A program made the translations under genes and the position numbers. Shown piece by piece: positions 1 to 10,700 of a stretch of DNA of 64,000 bases. The notes below the pieces were generated by a model. It saw only the letters and a list, made by a program, of their open reading frames with translations, searched no databases and was not told where the DNA came from. Source of the stretch: an uncultured Bacteroidales bacterium (GTDB lineage Bacteria; Bacteroidota; Bacteroidia; Bacteroidales; UBA10428); contig CAVVXI010000003.1 in assembly GCA_963752195.1 (NCBI GenBank), forward strand, positions 282,338-346,337, written 5' to 3'. The first letter of the stretch is position 1; each line of letters starts with the position of its first letter.

Positions 1-1948
1 AAAGAGGTTGCGGGAGATATTTACAGAACTGGAATTCAGAACTTTCATTGCTGTTCTTAACGATGCCCGGGCTAATCCGGTACAGGGAAACCTTTTTGAT
101 GTGGGCACATCGGCCGCTCAACCCCTTGAGGAAACCCATCTTCTTGCTGCAACTGTTCCACATAAATACCACCTCGTTCAGGAATCACAGGAATTGGATG
201 AGCTGGTAAAAATGCTTCTTCAGCAGGAAGCCTTTTGTTTTGATTCGGAGACAACAGGGATACTGGCAAGGGACGCCCAAATAGTCGGACTGTCTTTTTG
301 CTTTCAGGATCATGAAGCCTATTATATTCCTTTCAGTGCCGATCAAAACGAGGCTACCGGCAAACTGGAAAAGCTGAAACCTGTTTTTGCCAATCCCTCC
401 ATTAAAAAAATCGGGCAAAATCTGAAATATGATATTGAGATCCTGATGAATTACCAGGTTACCCTTGAGGGTGAGCTGTTTGATACAATGATAGCACACT
501 ATCTGATTCAGCCTGATCTCAGCCACAATATGAATTACCTCGCGGAAGTCTACCTTAATTATAAACCGATTTCGATTGAGGAACTGATCGGAAAAAAGGG
601 GAGCGGACAAATAAATATGCGTGATGTTGAAATCCCGCTGATTAAAGAATATGCTGCGGAAGATGCGGACATCACCTGGCAATTGTATCCCATTTTGGAA
701 AAGGAACTCGACAGGATGGGCCTGTTGCCCCTGGCAGAATCAATAGAGATGCCCCTGGTTAAAGTCCTCGCAGAATTGGAATATGCCGGTTTTAAAATCA
801 GTGTGGATAACCTGAAAAACTATGCAGCCCTGTTGAAAGAGGATATACATACCTGTGAAGGGATTATCTATGAAATGGCCGGTATATCCTTTAATATTAA
901 TTCTCCCAGGCAACTGGGTGAAATTTTGTTCGAAAGAATGAAAATTTCTGAGGGCGCTCAAAAAACCAAGACAAAACAATACTCAACCGGCGAGGAGGTC
1001 CTCACAAAATTGACGGATAAGCACCCGATCATATCTAAAATTTTGGATTACAGGGCTATGCAAAAACTGTTGAACACCTATGTTGAGGCTCTTCCCGGAT
1101 TGATCGATCCCAAAACAAGCAAAATCCATACCTCCTTTGAACAGGCCTGGGTGAGTACAGGGAGATTAAGTTCCAAAAATCCCAATCTGCAGAATATACC
1201 GATCCGTTACGAACGCGGCAAGGAGATACGAAAGGCCTTTATTCCCACGGATGACCAGCATATCCTGCTATCCGCCGACTATTCACAGATTGAGCTCCGG
1301 CTGATGGCACACTTAAGCGGGGATGCCAATATGATCCTTGCATTCCGCAACCAGGAAGACATTCATACCGCTACAGCGGCTAAGATCTTCAAGGTGGAAG
1401 AAAAAGAGGTGACTTCCTCCATGCGTTCGAGGGCTAAAACGGCCAATTTTGGAATAATTTACGGGATATCGGCTTTCGGATTATCCCAGCGGTTGAATAT
1501 TTCAAGGGGCGAAGCGGCAGATCTCATTAAGGGCTATTTTGAAAGTTACCCGATGGTGAGGGAGTACATGGAAAATGCCATTCATATGGCCAAGGAAAAA
1601 GGATATGTGGAAACCCTTTTGGGCAGAAGAAGGTTTTTACCCGATATCGTTTCTGCCAATGCCATTGTAAGGGGCGTGGCAGAGCGAAATGCCATAAACG
1701 CCCCCATACAGGGGTCCGCAGCCGATGTCATTAAACAGGCGATGGTCAATATCCAGAAACGGTTACGCCGGTACAGGCATTCCCAAATGATTTTGCAGGT
1801 GCATGATGAGTTGATTTTCGATATCCTGGAGAGCGAACTCGGCGAAATCAGGGATATCGTCCGCTACGAAATGGAAAACGCGCTAAAGCTGACCGTTCCT
1901 TTGGTGGTGGATATCGGTTCCGGGAATAACTGGCTGGAAGCGCATTGA
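1..1948 (+). CDS. polA: DNA polymerase I (5'-truncated by window edge; 3'-5' exonuclease and polymerase domains)
   Basis: Exo motifs FDSETT, NLKYD, YAAEDAD; PolA motifs TGRLSSKNPNLQNIP, ADYSQIELR, RSRAKTANFGIIYG, QVHDEL. Frame is open to the window start. Confidence 0.97.
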   Translation, partial: KRLREIFTELEFRTFIAVLNDARANPVQGNLFDVGTSAAQPLEETHLLAATVPHKYHLVQESQELDELVKMLLQQEAFCFDSETTGILARDAQIVGLSFCFQDHEAYYIPFSADQNEATGKLEKLKPVFANPSIKKIGQNLKYDIEILMNYQVTLEGELFDTMIAHYLIQPDLSHNMNYLAEVYLNYKPISIEELIGKKGSGQINMRDVEIPLIKEYAAEDADITWQLYPILEKELDRMGLLPLAESIEMPLVKVLAELEYAGFKISVDNLKNYAALLKEDIHTCEGIIYEMAGISFNINSPRQLGEILFERMKISEGAQKTKTKQYSTGEEVLTKLTDKHPIISKILDYRAMQKLLNTYVEALPGLIDPKTSKIHTSFEQAWVSTGRLSSKNPNLQNIPIRYERGKEIRKAFIPTDDQHILLSADYSQIELRLMAHLSGDANMILAFRNQEDIHTATAAKIFKVEEKEVTSSMRSRAKTANFGIIYGISAFGLSQRLNISRGEAADLIKGYFESYPMVREYMENAIHMAKEKGYVETLLGRRRFLPDIVSANAIVRGVAERNAINAPIQGSAADVIKQAMVNIQKRLRRYRHSQMILQVHDELIFDILESELGEIRDIVRYEMENALKLTVPLVVDIGSGNNWLEAH

Positions 1949-1961
1949 TTTACGGATTAGG

Positions 1962-4784
1962 TCAGGCAAACCATTTCAGGAATATATTGCGAATCGTATC
2001 GGACTTAACGGGTTTCACAATATAATCGTTCATTCCGGATGAAATGGCCTTTTGTTTGCTTTTGCTGCTGGCCGTTGCCGTCATGGCAACAACAGGCATC
2101 TGGTAACCCATTCCCCTTATGTCCACCGTTGCCTGGATACCATCGCGTTCGGGCATGATCAGATCCATAAATACGATGTCGTATTCCTTTTGTTTGATTT
2201 TTTCCACTACCTCAATTCCATTCCGGGCTATATCTATTTTATAACCAAGGTGCCCGAATATGGTTTGAGCCACACGGATGTTAATCTCATTGTCTTCGGC
2301 TACCAGCACGGACAGGTCGGTCCTTAATGTTCTCACCGGGGCACGGTTGGATTTTTCAAGAGCCGGAAATGAATCATGAAAGCACGATAGAATTTCTTCC
2401 TGTTCGAAGGGCTCCTGGATATAAAAATCAACACCATTTCGCCTCGATTGAAGGTAATTTTCAACCTTATGATTCGAACTCAGCATAAATACAAGATACA
2501 ATTCAGTGAGTTTGTCTTCTTTCAGCTTTTTTGTGAGCTGCAGGCCATTCATGCCGGGTTCATCCATGATAAACAGCGCATGATACGGATTTCCCTGATC
2601 CGTTAATTTTTTCTTCAGGTCAGCCTCTTTTTCAGAACTGTATTCAAAGGTTTCTGTCTGCATGCCTTCCTGTTCAAAAAGCCGGAGAAGCCGTTGCTTA
2701 TTCTGAAGGGTTTGGGTAACAATAAGCACCTTCAACTGGGAAAATTGCAATATTTTTTCGGTGGAGAGGGCTTTTACAAGCTTTTCATTTGAATATACCT
2801 CAATTGTAAAACTGAATTTTGAACCGGGATAGTTCGAACTGGTGGAAATAGACGACGGGCTCTCTGCCCAAATCTCCCCATGCATAAGATTGACAAGTTG
2901 CTTTGAAATGGTTGTGCCAAGTCCAGAACCGCCATATTTCCGCGAGGTGGACTCTTCTGCCTGTGTAAAGGAATTAAAAATGGTTTCAATCTTATTATTC
3001 GGAATCCCGACTCCTGAATCTTCAACATAAAAGAGAAGGGTAAGATTGCTGTTATATTCTTCTTCCAGTTTAATTCCCACAACAATCTGACCTTCATGGG
3101 TGAATTTTACAGCGTTGCTGATCAGATTGGATAATACCTGTCTCAGCCGGAACGGATCGCCGATTATGTTCTCAGGAACATCGGGATTGATATTCGTAAC
3201 GAGAGAAATCCCTTTTTCTTCAATTACGGGCTTGAAAAGATCGACAGACAATCGAACCTCCTCTCTCAGTTTGAAAGGAATTTCCTCCAGTTGCATTTTA
3301 CCGGCTTCAATTTTAGAAAAATCGAGAATGTCATCGATAAGATTAAGCAGCAGATCAGCCGACCGTTTAACAATTTGCAGGTACTCTTTCTGCTCTGTAT
3401 TGAGGTTTTCCTGTTCCATCGCTTCGGTCATGCCAATTATACCATTCATGGGTGTTCTGATTTCATGGCTCATCTTGGCTAGAAATTCTGACTTGGCCGT
3501 ATTGGCTGCAGCCTCATATTTGCGTGCCTTTTCTATGGGGGTTATATCCGAAAACACACTCACAATATATTCCTGGTCATCCAGGTTGAACGGAAGATCT
3601 TTCTTGTAGACGGCAACTTCTTCTCCCTCATGACGGTAAAGCACAAATTGATTTGAATCAAAAGCCGTATCAGAACCCGGATCATAATAATCACGGGATA
3701 ACATAAAACGATCGGTAAGATTTTTTCCTGCCAGGGATTCATCTCCTTTAATCAACAACATTTCTTTGGCAGTCTGATTGACCAGCCGGGCATTCTGAGC
3801 CTGGTCAAGCACCAGGATGCCTACGGGCAGTTTATCAAAAATTGATTGTAAATGAGATAGTTTCCCGCCTTTTCGACCCGTTCCTGCCAGGGAGTTCCCG
3901 CCCGAACGGAAAATGAGCAACAGCAGGTAAATCAATACTGCGGCATTTAACAGAGATACAAGCAGTACACGGGTAAAAAGCAGGGAAAAAATAAAACGGC
4001 GATGCATTGAAAAAAAGAGCCCCATCCTGTGATTGAATGCATGAAAAGGAATAAAAACGGAATATATTTCAACGTTCTTGTTGTTTATCTGTACTTCATG
4101 TTTAATGAAATCATTCGTTTCAGTAAGAATATCTTTCTGTATGACAGGTAATTGTTTATACTCCAGGTTTTGCTGGCTGTTGGCATACAATACGCTTCCA
4201 TTTTCCTCCACAACCCACTGAAAAAAATGAACGTCATGATAGTATTCATTCAGCACAAAGGCCAGGTATCTGGGAAAATCAAAGGTAAAGACCAGATTCG
4301 CAGCCAGCGATTTTCCCTGGAATACGGGGAATGTATACAGGTATTCGTTTTCCGTTTTCTGCATAACGGAATTTGATTGGAGTGCGGTTTGCTTTTGCGT
4401 AAGATAAGGGTCGATCAACAATACATTCTTTTTATTATAGGAAAGATTTAATACGTGTTGATTACCATCCTGTATTACAATATTTTTAATTAAATTACGA
4501 TAGGTATAGAACAGGCGTTCCAAATCAAGAAGTCCTGCCTGTTTACTGTCCTCCGAACCGAAATCCAGATTCATCAGGGAATTGGAAAACAAAAGGGCGT
4601 TCACGTCATTTTCGAATTTTGCCAGGGTACGTTCCATTTTATCAGCGGCCGAAACAGCCTGACCGTTTAAGATGCTCCGTTGAAATGCAATTTGTTTCCT
4701 GTAATCAGAAATGTTCAGGAAGAGCGAAAAAACAATCGTGGCAAATACGAGGGAAGCCAGAAAGGAGCGAGATTTCTTCATCAC
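1962..4784 (-). CDS. Membrane-bound hybrid sensor histidine kinase/response regulator
   Basis: Two TM segments, PAS-like region, HisKA KSEFLAKMSHEIRTPMNG, HATPase NLISNAVKFT/DSGVGI/GSGLG, C-terminal REC (AEDN...FMDLIMP...KP). Confidence 0.93.
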   Translation of the reverse strand: MMKKSRSFLASLVFATIVFSLFLNISDYRKQIAFQRSILNGQAVSAADKMERTLAKFENDVNALLFSNSLMNLDFGSEDSKQAGLLDLERLFYTYRNLIKNIVIQDGNQHVLNLSYNKKNVLLIDPYLTQKQTALQSNSVMQKTENEYLYTFPVFQGKSLAANLVFTFDFPRYLAFVLNEYYHDVHFFQWVVEENGSVLYANSQQNLEYKQLPVIQKDILTETNDFIKHEVQINNKNVEIYSVFIPFHAFNHRMGLFFSMHRRFIFSLLFTRVLLVSLLNAAVLIYLLLLIFRSGGNSLAGTGRKGGKLSHLQSIFDKLPVGILVLDQAQNARLVNQTAKEMLLIKGDESLAGKNLTDRFMLSRDYYDPGSDTAFDSNQFVLYRHEGEEVAVYKKDLPFNLDDQEYIVSVFSDITPIEKARKYEAAANTAKSEFLAKMSHEIRTPMNGIIGMTEAMEQENLNTEQKEYLQIVKRSADLLLNLIDDILDFSKIEAGKMQLEEIPFKLREEVRLSVDLFKPVIEEKGISLVTNINPDVPENIIGDPFRLRQVLSNLISNAVKFTHEGQIVVGIKLEEEYNSNLTLLFYVEDSGVGIPNNKIETIFNSFTQAEESTSRKYGGSGLGTTISKQLVNLMHGEIWAESPSSISTSSNYPGSKFSFTIEVYSNEKLVKALSTEKILQFSQLKVLIVTQTLQNKQRLLRLFEQEGMQTETFEYSSEKEADLKKKLTDQGNPYHALFIMDEPGMNGLQLTKKLKEDKLTELYLVFMLSSNHKVENYLQSRRNGVDFYIQEPFEQEEILSCFHDSFPALEKSNRAPVRTLRTDLSVLVAEDNEINIRVAQTIFGHLGYKIDIARNGIEVVEKIKQKEYDIVFMDLIMPERDGIQATVDIRGMGYQMPVVAMTATASSKSKQKAISSGMNDYIVKPVKSDTIRNIFLKWFA

Positions 4785-4865
4785 TGGGATTTGAGTTTAT
4801 GACAAGTCAAAATAGGAAATAAATTCCAGATATTCATGACATATCAATCAATAATATCAACAGAT

Positions 4866-5792
4866 TCAGGCAATCCGGTATTTACCTTCCTCGCCGCTGG
4901 TTAATTTCACATAACTTCGGTAACGCGATTCATGCAAAACTCCCTTTCGGCAGGCATCAATTACTGCGCAACCGGGTTCATGCATGTGGGTGCAATTATA
5001 AAACCGGCAATTCGCGGAGAGGTTGAAAATATCCGTGAAATAGAGGCCGATTTCATTCCGGCTTATATCCATGACTCCAAAACCCCGGATTCCCGGGGTA
5101 TCAATAATATATCCCCCGAAGGGAAGTGAAAGCATTTCGGGATAGGTGGTTGTATGTTTGCCGGATAGGTGATATGCAGATATGGGGGAGGTTTTAAGGT
5201 TCAGGCCGGGACAAAGAAGATTGATCAGGCTGGTTTTTCCTACCCCGGAATTTCCGGCGAGGGCTGTATATTTTCCCTCCAGCAGGGGGACGAGTTCTTC
5301 TATATTCAAATCTTTTTCAACTGAAATTTCAATAACCCTGTATCCAGCGTATTCGTAAATGCCCCGGATTTCAGCGCTCCTGGCTTTCCTTTCCTCCTCG
5401 TACAGGTCGGTTTTATTGATGACCAGAAGGGAGGGTATCCGGTAGGCTTCCGCGGATACCAAAAAACGGTCAACAAATTCCAGCGGTGTTTCGGGCGATT
5501 CAAGTGTTATCATAAGCAATACCTGGTCAATATTGGCCGCCATGATCTGGGTCTCTTTTGAAAGGTTGGTTGCCCGGCGGATAATATAATTTTTCCGGTC
5601 CAGGATCTTTGTTATAATTCCAGCCTGGGTGACCGCCTTTTCATAAATCACATTGTCGCCAACAGCAATTGGATTGGTGGTTTTAATCCCACGCATCCTG
5701 AAATTGCCTTTCAGCCGGCAATTAAGGAGTTCATTGTCGCCTTTTACCGTGTGCCAGCTTCCTGTTGTTTTAATAACAATACCTTTGTTCAC
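4866..5792 (-). CDS. rsgA: Ribosome small subunit-dependent GTPase A
   Basis: OB fold; circularly permuted GTPase NKTD, GNSGVGKT, GKHTTT, DTPG; Zn finger CRFYNCTHMHEPGC. Confidence 0.96.
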   Translation of the reverse strand: MNKGIVIKTTGSWHTVKGDNELLNCRLKGNFRMRGIKTTNPIAVGDNVIYEKAVTQAGIITKILDRKNYIIRRATNLSKETQIMAANIDQVLLMITLESPETPLEFVDRFLVSAEAYRIPSLLVINKTDLYEEERKARSAEIRGIYEYAGYRVIEISVEKDLNIEELVPLLEGKYTALAGNSGVGKTSLINLLCPGLNLKTSPISAYHLSGKHTTTYPEMLSLPFGGYIIDTPGIRGFGVMDISRNEIGLYFTDIFNLSANCRFYNCTHMHEPGCAVIDACRKGVLHESRYRSYVKLTSGEEGKYRIA

Positions 5793-5810
5793 TTGATCAC
5801 TTGAAAAGTG

Positions 5811-5818
5811 TATTTTTG
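5811..5818 (+). promoter_or_regulatory. Bacteroidota sigma-A -7 element (TATTTTTG)
   Basis: Matches TAnnTTTG in the divergent rsgA/SRPBCC intergenic region. Confidence 0.55.
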
Positions 5819-5870
5819 CTGACGTAAAAGTAGCTAAGATTTATATATTTAATCATTCTGTGAAGACCAT

Positions 5871-6248
5871 ATGAAAACCATTAAACAAAAGCACATCATT
5901 TCTGCAATGCCGGAAGAGGTATATGCCGCCCTTACGAACCCATTTACTATTGAACTTTGGAGCGGCTATCCTGCGGTGATGGAAACTGGCGAGGGCTTTG
6001 AATTTTCAATTTTTGACGGCGACATCATGGGAAGGAATATCAGGCTGGTAGAAAACGAGCTCATTGTGCAAGAGTGGTATTTCGGCGAGCGGGAAGAAAA
6101 ATCCATTGTTACAATCGTCATTGCAGCACATCCGCTGGGAACAAAGGTTAATATCGAACAGACAGAGGTCCCGGATGAGGACCTGCTGGAATTGGAAGAA
6201 GGCTGGCGAACGTATTATTGGGGAGCAATCAAGGAGTTTTTTAAGTAA
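5871..6248 (+). CDS. SRPBCC/AHSA1 (activator of Hsp90 ATPase-like) domain protein
   Basis: PEEVYAALT...FSIFDGDIMG...IVQEW...EEGWRTYYW pattern, 125 aa. Confidence 0.85.
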   Translation: MKTIKQKHIISAMPEEVYAALTNPFTIELWSGYPAVMETGEGFEFSIFDGDIMGRNIRLVENELIVQEWYFGEREEKSIVTIVIAAHPLGTKVNIEQTEVPDEDLLELEEGWRTYYWGAIKEFFK

Positions 6249-6304
6249 ATGCCGGAGGCTGTTAGGCTGCAGGCTGGATCGATTATTATCACCTTTTGCC
6301 ACAC

Positions 6305-6446
6305 ACCAATTACCGATTACTGATTACCGAACACCGAACACCGATTACCGATTACCGATTACCGAACACCGATTACCGAACACCGATTACCGAACACCGA
6401 TTACCGATTACCGAACACCGAACACCGAACACCGAACACCGAACAC
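6305..6446 (+). repeat. Heptamer tandem array, 20 units of ACCGATT/ACCGAAC
   Basis: Read directly: 20 x 7 bp (6305-6444) plus AC, abutting the ATG at 6447. Confidence 0.97.
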
Positions 6447-7700
6447 ATGGAAAAACAACTAACCCGCAAGGATATCGACCTGATGGCCCCCGTGGGATCA
6501 TTCGAATCGCTTATGGCAGCGATCCAGGGGAATGCGGATTCCGTATATTTCGGACTGGGAAAGCTCAACATGAGATCCAGATCTTCAGCCAACTTTTCGG
6601 CAGGCGACCTGCAGAAAATTATGCGCATATGCCGGCAGTTTCAAAAGAAAGCTTACCTGACGCTTAATATTGTGGTTTACGACAGGGAACTCGATGAAAT
6701 GAAAAGAGCCGTTGATCTTGCACTTGAAAACGGGATCAGTGCCGTCATCGCAGCCGATCAGGCAACAATTCAGTATGCCCACAGGCAGGGAATGGAGGTA
6801 CACCTGTCTACCCAGGTTAATATAAGCAATGCGGAAGCCCTGCGCTTTTATTCCGGCTTTGCGGAGGTGGCCGTCCTGGCGAGAGAATTGAATCTTGACC
6901 AGGTCGCGGGGATCGCGCGGCAAATTGAATCCGAAAAAATTACAGGTCCTTCCGGTAATTTAATGAGAGTGGAGCTTTTTGCCCATGGCGCCCTGTGCAT
7001 GTCTGTTTCGGGCAAATGCTATCTTAGCCTGCACCAGCATAATCATTCCGCTAACCGGGGCGACTGCCTGCAGGATTGCCGCAGGAGTTACATTGTAACG
7101 GAAAAGGAAAGCGGGAGTGAACTGGAGATTGATAATGAATTCATCCTTTCTCCCAAGGATCTGTGTACCATTCATTTCATCAATAAAATTCTGGACGCCG
7201 GGGTAAGGGTGTTGAAAATTGAAGGCAGGGCCCGGTCACCCGAATATGTCAAGGTAGTTACCTCGGTATATGATGATGCCCTGAACAGCTACTTCGATGG
7301 CAGCTATAACGCCGAAAAAATACGCCTGTGGCAAAAACGGCTGTCCACTGTCTTTAACAGGGGATTCTGGGACGGGTATTACCTGGGACAAAAGCTTGGG
7401 GAATGGAATGACGTTTATGGATCAAGGGCCACTTTTACAAAAACATACGTGGCAAAAAGCCTGAATTATTTTGCCAAAGCGGGAATCGGGGAGTTCTTAT
7501 GCGAATCGGGATCACTGAGTGTGGGCGACCGCATTCTGATCATTGGCCCTTCCACAGGTGTTGTTGAACAGGATATCCGGGAATTGCGTGTTGATCTGAA
7601 TCCTTGCCGGGATACGCAGGCCGGTGAGAAATTTTCAATGCCGGTTGACCGAAAGGTTCGCCGTGCGGACAAGCTTTATAAGCTAATTCCCAACAGGTAA
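6447..7700 (+). CDS. Peptidase U32 family protein (TrhP/PrtC-like, probable Fe-S RNA hydroxylase)
   Basis: LMAPVGS, ADSVYFG, HLSTQ, ELFAHGALCMSVSGKC, NRGDCLQDCR, LSPKDLC, KIEGR. Confidence 0.9.
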   Translation: MEKQLTRKDIDLMAPVGSFESLMAAIQGNADSVYFGLGKLNMRSRSSANFSAGDLQKIMRICRQFQKKAYLTLNIVVYDRELDEMKRAVDLALENGISAVIAADQATIQYAHRQGMEVHLSTQVNISNAEALRFYSGFAEVAVLARELNLDQVAGIARQIESEKITGPSGNLMRVELFAHGALCMSVSGKCYLSLHQHNHSANRGDCLQDCRRSYIVTEKESGSELEIDNEFILSPKDLCTIHFINKILDAGVRVLKIEGRARSPEYVKVVTSVYDDALNSYFDGSYNAEKIRLWQKRLSTVFNRGFWDGYYLGQKLGEWNDVYGSRATFTKTYVAKSLNYFAKAGIGEFLCESGSLSVGDRILIIGPSTGVVEQDIRELRVDLNPCRDTQAGEKFSMPVDRKVRRADKLYKLIPNR

Positions 7701-7776
7701 CAATAATTCATTTCCCGGTGTAAGAATATTTTTTGTACATTCATCCTGCATACGGTCACAAATCCCTCTCCTCATT

Positions 7777-10700
7777 ATGAAACCAATTTTTTCTTTTCGT
7801 CGGGTCTTCCGCTCTCTTTTCGTTTTCCTGATGATTATCTCTGCGATTCAATGTAAAAAAAACAGATCGCCCGTTGTTAACCCTGCCTTTACGGAAAAAA
7901 TCGCTGCCTTTACCAGCGGTGTAATATCCTCCGAATCAACCATCCAGGTCGTTCTTGCAAATGATTATCCCGGGCAGATCACCCGGAATACTCCGGTGGA
8001 CAAATCGGTTTTTAAATTTGATCCGTTTCTTGCCGGTCAGGCAGTGTGGCTCGACAACCGGACCCTTGAATTCCGGCCCGAGAAACCTCTCGTTTCCGGG
8101 GAAACCTATTCCGTCAAATTTTACTTGTCAAAGCTGATGAAGGTTCCACGGAATATAAGCGTGCTTGAATTTGATTTTTCTGTTGTCAGGCAGGCATTTT
8201 CAGTGGAGTTTGAAGGCTACCAGACTTCCCGGGAAGATGACCTGGTGTGGAATACGTTGAAAGGGGTTGTCAATTCTGCCGACTTTATCGATGACAGGGT
8301 GCTGGCTTCTTGTTTTAGTGCAAATCAAGGTAAAGAAAAGCTTAAAATAAAATGGGATAACTCAATAGATCGCAGGACTTTTAATTTTGTAATCGATAGT
8401 GTAAAAAGAACGGAACAGCCTGAAAAGGTGAATATTTCCTGGGATGCAACAACCCAGGTAAAAGGAGTGAAAGGGGAAAGTCAATTTGAAATGCCTGCCC
8501 TGGGGGATTTCAAAATAATGGATATAAGGGTTATACAGCAACCGGAACAATACATCCGGGTGACATTCAGCGACCCGATACGGAAAAAACAGAATTTTGA
8601 TGGTCTCGTATCCCTGGGGAAAGGCATCAGCCTGAATTTTACTATTGAGGGAAATATACTCAATGCCTATCCGGAATCACGCCAGAGCGGAGATGATAAC
8701 TTAACCCTGCAGGAAGGAATCATTAATATACTCGGTTATCCACTGAAAAATTCCTTAACTGAAATAATTACATTCGAACTGGCCAAACCCCAGGTAAGGC
8801 TTATAGGACACGGTGTCATTCTGCCCTCTTCAAAGGGCTTGATTTTCCCTTTTGAAGCGGTTAATCTGAATGCGGTGGATGTAAAAATCATTAAGATCTT
8901 CGAAAACAATGTCGGTTACTTTTTACAGGTCAACAAACTGGATGGCAGCAACCAGTTGAAACGTGCCGGCCGGATGGTACATAAACAAACGGTGCTTTTG
9001 AGCCACGAACCCGTGGATCTGGGCAAATGGAACCGTTTTTACCTTGATCTCGGAAAATTGATTCAGCCTGATCCGGGATCCATCTACAGGATCGAAATCA
9101 GTTACCGCCGTTCGTATTCGCTGTATTATTGTGAGGGCGCACAGCAAGAAAAGGCAGAAAACGTCATTCCCGAGGAGAGTGAGGATGAAATGGACCAGGA
9201 AGTGTCGTATTGGGATTCATACCAGGATTATTATTCCGAATACGATGATGGGGAATACTATGGGGGAGATTATGATTACAATGAACGCGATAATCCGTGT
9301 TCATCTTCTTATTATAATCAAAGCCGATGGGTGGCAAGGAACATCCTGGCATCCGACCTGGGAATTATAGCCAAAACCGATGAAGAGTCCCTGTTTTGCG
9401 CCATAACGAGCCTGGTCAGTACCGAACCCATCGGAAATGTGAGTGTGACTGTTCTGAACTATCAGCAGCAACCCATTGCAAAAGGGGTGACCGACAAGGA
9501 TGGTTTTGTTTATTTTCCGCTGAAAAAGGACAAACCTTTTTTAATAATCGCACAAAGTGATAAACAGAGAGGGTATTTACGGGTTGATGACGGTTCATCT
9601 TTATCCCTTGGTGCCTTTGATGTATCGGGCGATGCGGTAAAAAAGGGACTTAAGGGTTTCATATACGGAGAACGGGGAGTATGGCGCCCCGGAGATACCC
9701 TGTTCATGACTTTCATTCTGGAAGACAGGCAAAAATTATTGCCTGAGTCCCATCCCGTGATTTTCGAATTGTACAATCCGCAGGGACAGTTATACAGCAG
9801 GCATGTAAAATCCGCAGGTATTAACGGATTTTATTCGATGGCATTGTCAACGGGTGAGGATGTCCCCACGGGGAACTGGAATCTAAAGGTAAAAGCAGGG
9901 GGAGCTGCATTTGAAAAAATTCTGAAAATAGAGACAGTTAAGCCCAACCGCCTGAAAATTAACCTTGCTTTTCCGGTCACCCGGCTTTCAGAACGCACAA
10001 AGGATGTCACCGGTGACCTGACAGTTATGTGGCTGCAGGGTTCAGCTGCCCGTAACATGAATGTTAAAATCGGCGTTTTAATGTCAAAGGAACCTACTTC
10101 CTTTGCCCGGTATGATTCCTACGTCTTCGCCGATAATTCAAAAAACTTTTCCCCGGCTGAGGAAACTTTGTTCGAGGGAACGACGGATGAAAACGGGAAG
10201 GCATCTGTTCCTGCGCATTTCGGGTCTGAGCATTCTGCCCCCGGCTTGTTACGGGCTAATTTTACGGTCCGTGTTTTTGAAAAAGGCGGCGATTTCAGCA
10301 TTGATCGTTTCAATATGGTTTATTCTCCCTACAGCTCTTATGTTGGAATAAAAACACCGGAGGGGGACAAGCGGGGTTTGCTTTTAACGGATACCACCCA
10401 TTGGGTGGATGTGGTAACCGTGGATGAAGACGGAAAACCCTTATCCCGCAATGGGTTGGAAGTTACAATGTATAAGCTGGAATGGCATAACTGGTGGGAT
10501 TTTGACGGAGAACAGCTTGCTTCCTACATGGGCAACACGTATAATGCACCGATAATAAAAAAGAGTCTTTCCACGATCAATGGCAAGGGCCGTTTCAGTT
10601 TCAGGATCGACAGGCCGGAATGGGGACAGTTCTATTTGCGGGTTTCGGACCCCGTCAGCGGGCATTCCACGGGAAAGATTGTGAATATTGACTGGCCGGG

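Noticed and set aside
6305-6446. Possible CRISPR array (also considered at 43552-43910 and 54792-54867)
   Set aside because: Units are 7-19 bp and contiguous with no unique spacers; no cas genes in the window.
6064-6667. ORFs 6064-6462, 6296-6667 and 6401-6628 with TDYRTPN/TEHRLP repeats
   Set aside because: Translations of the heptamer array that overlap real genes.
9160-9320. Tyr/Asp/Glu-rich low-complexity stretch in A2M
   Set aside because: In-frame protein low complexity, not a DNA repeat or separate element.
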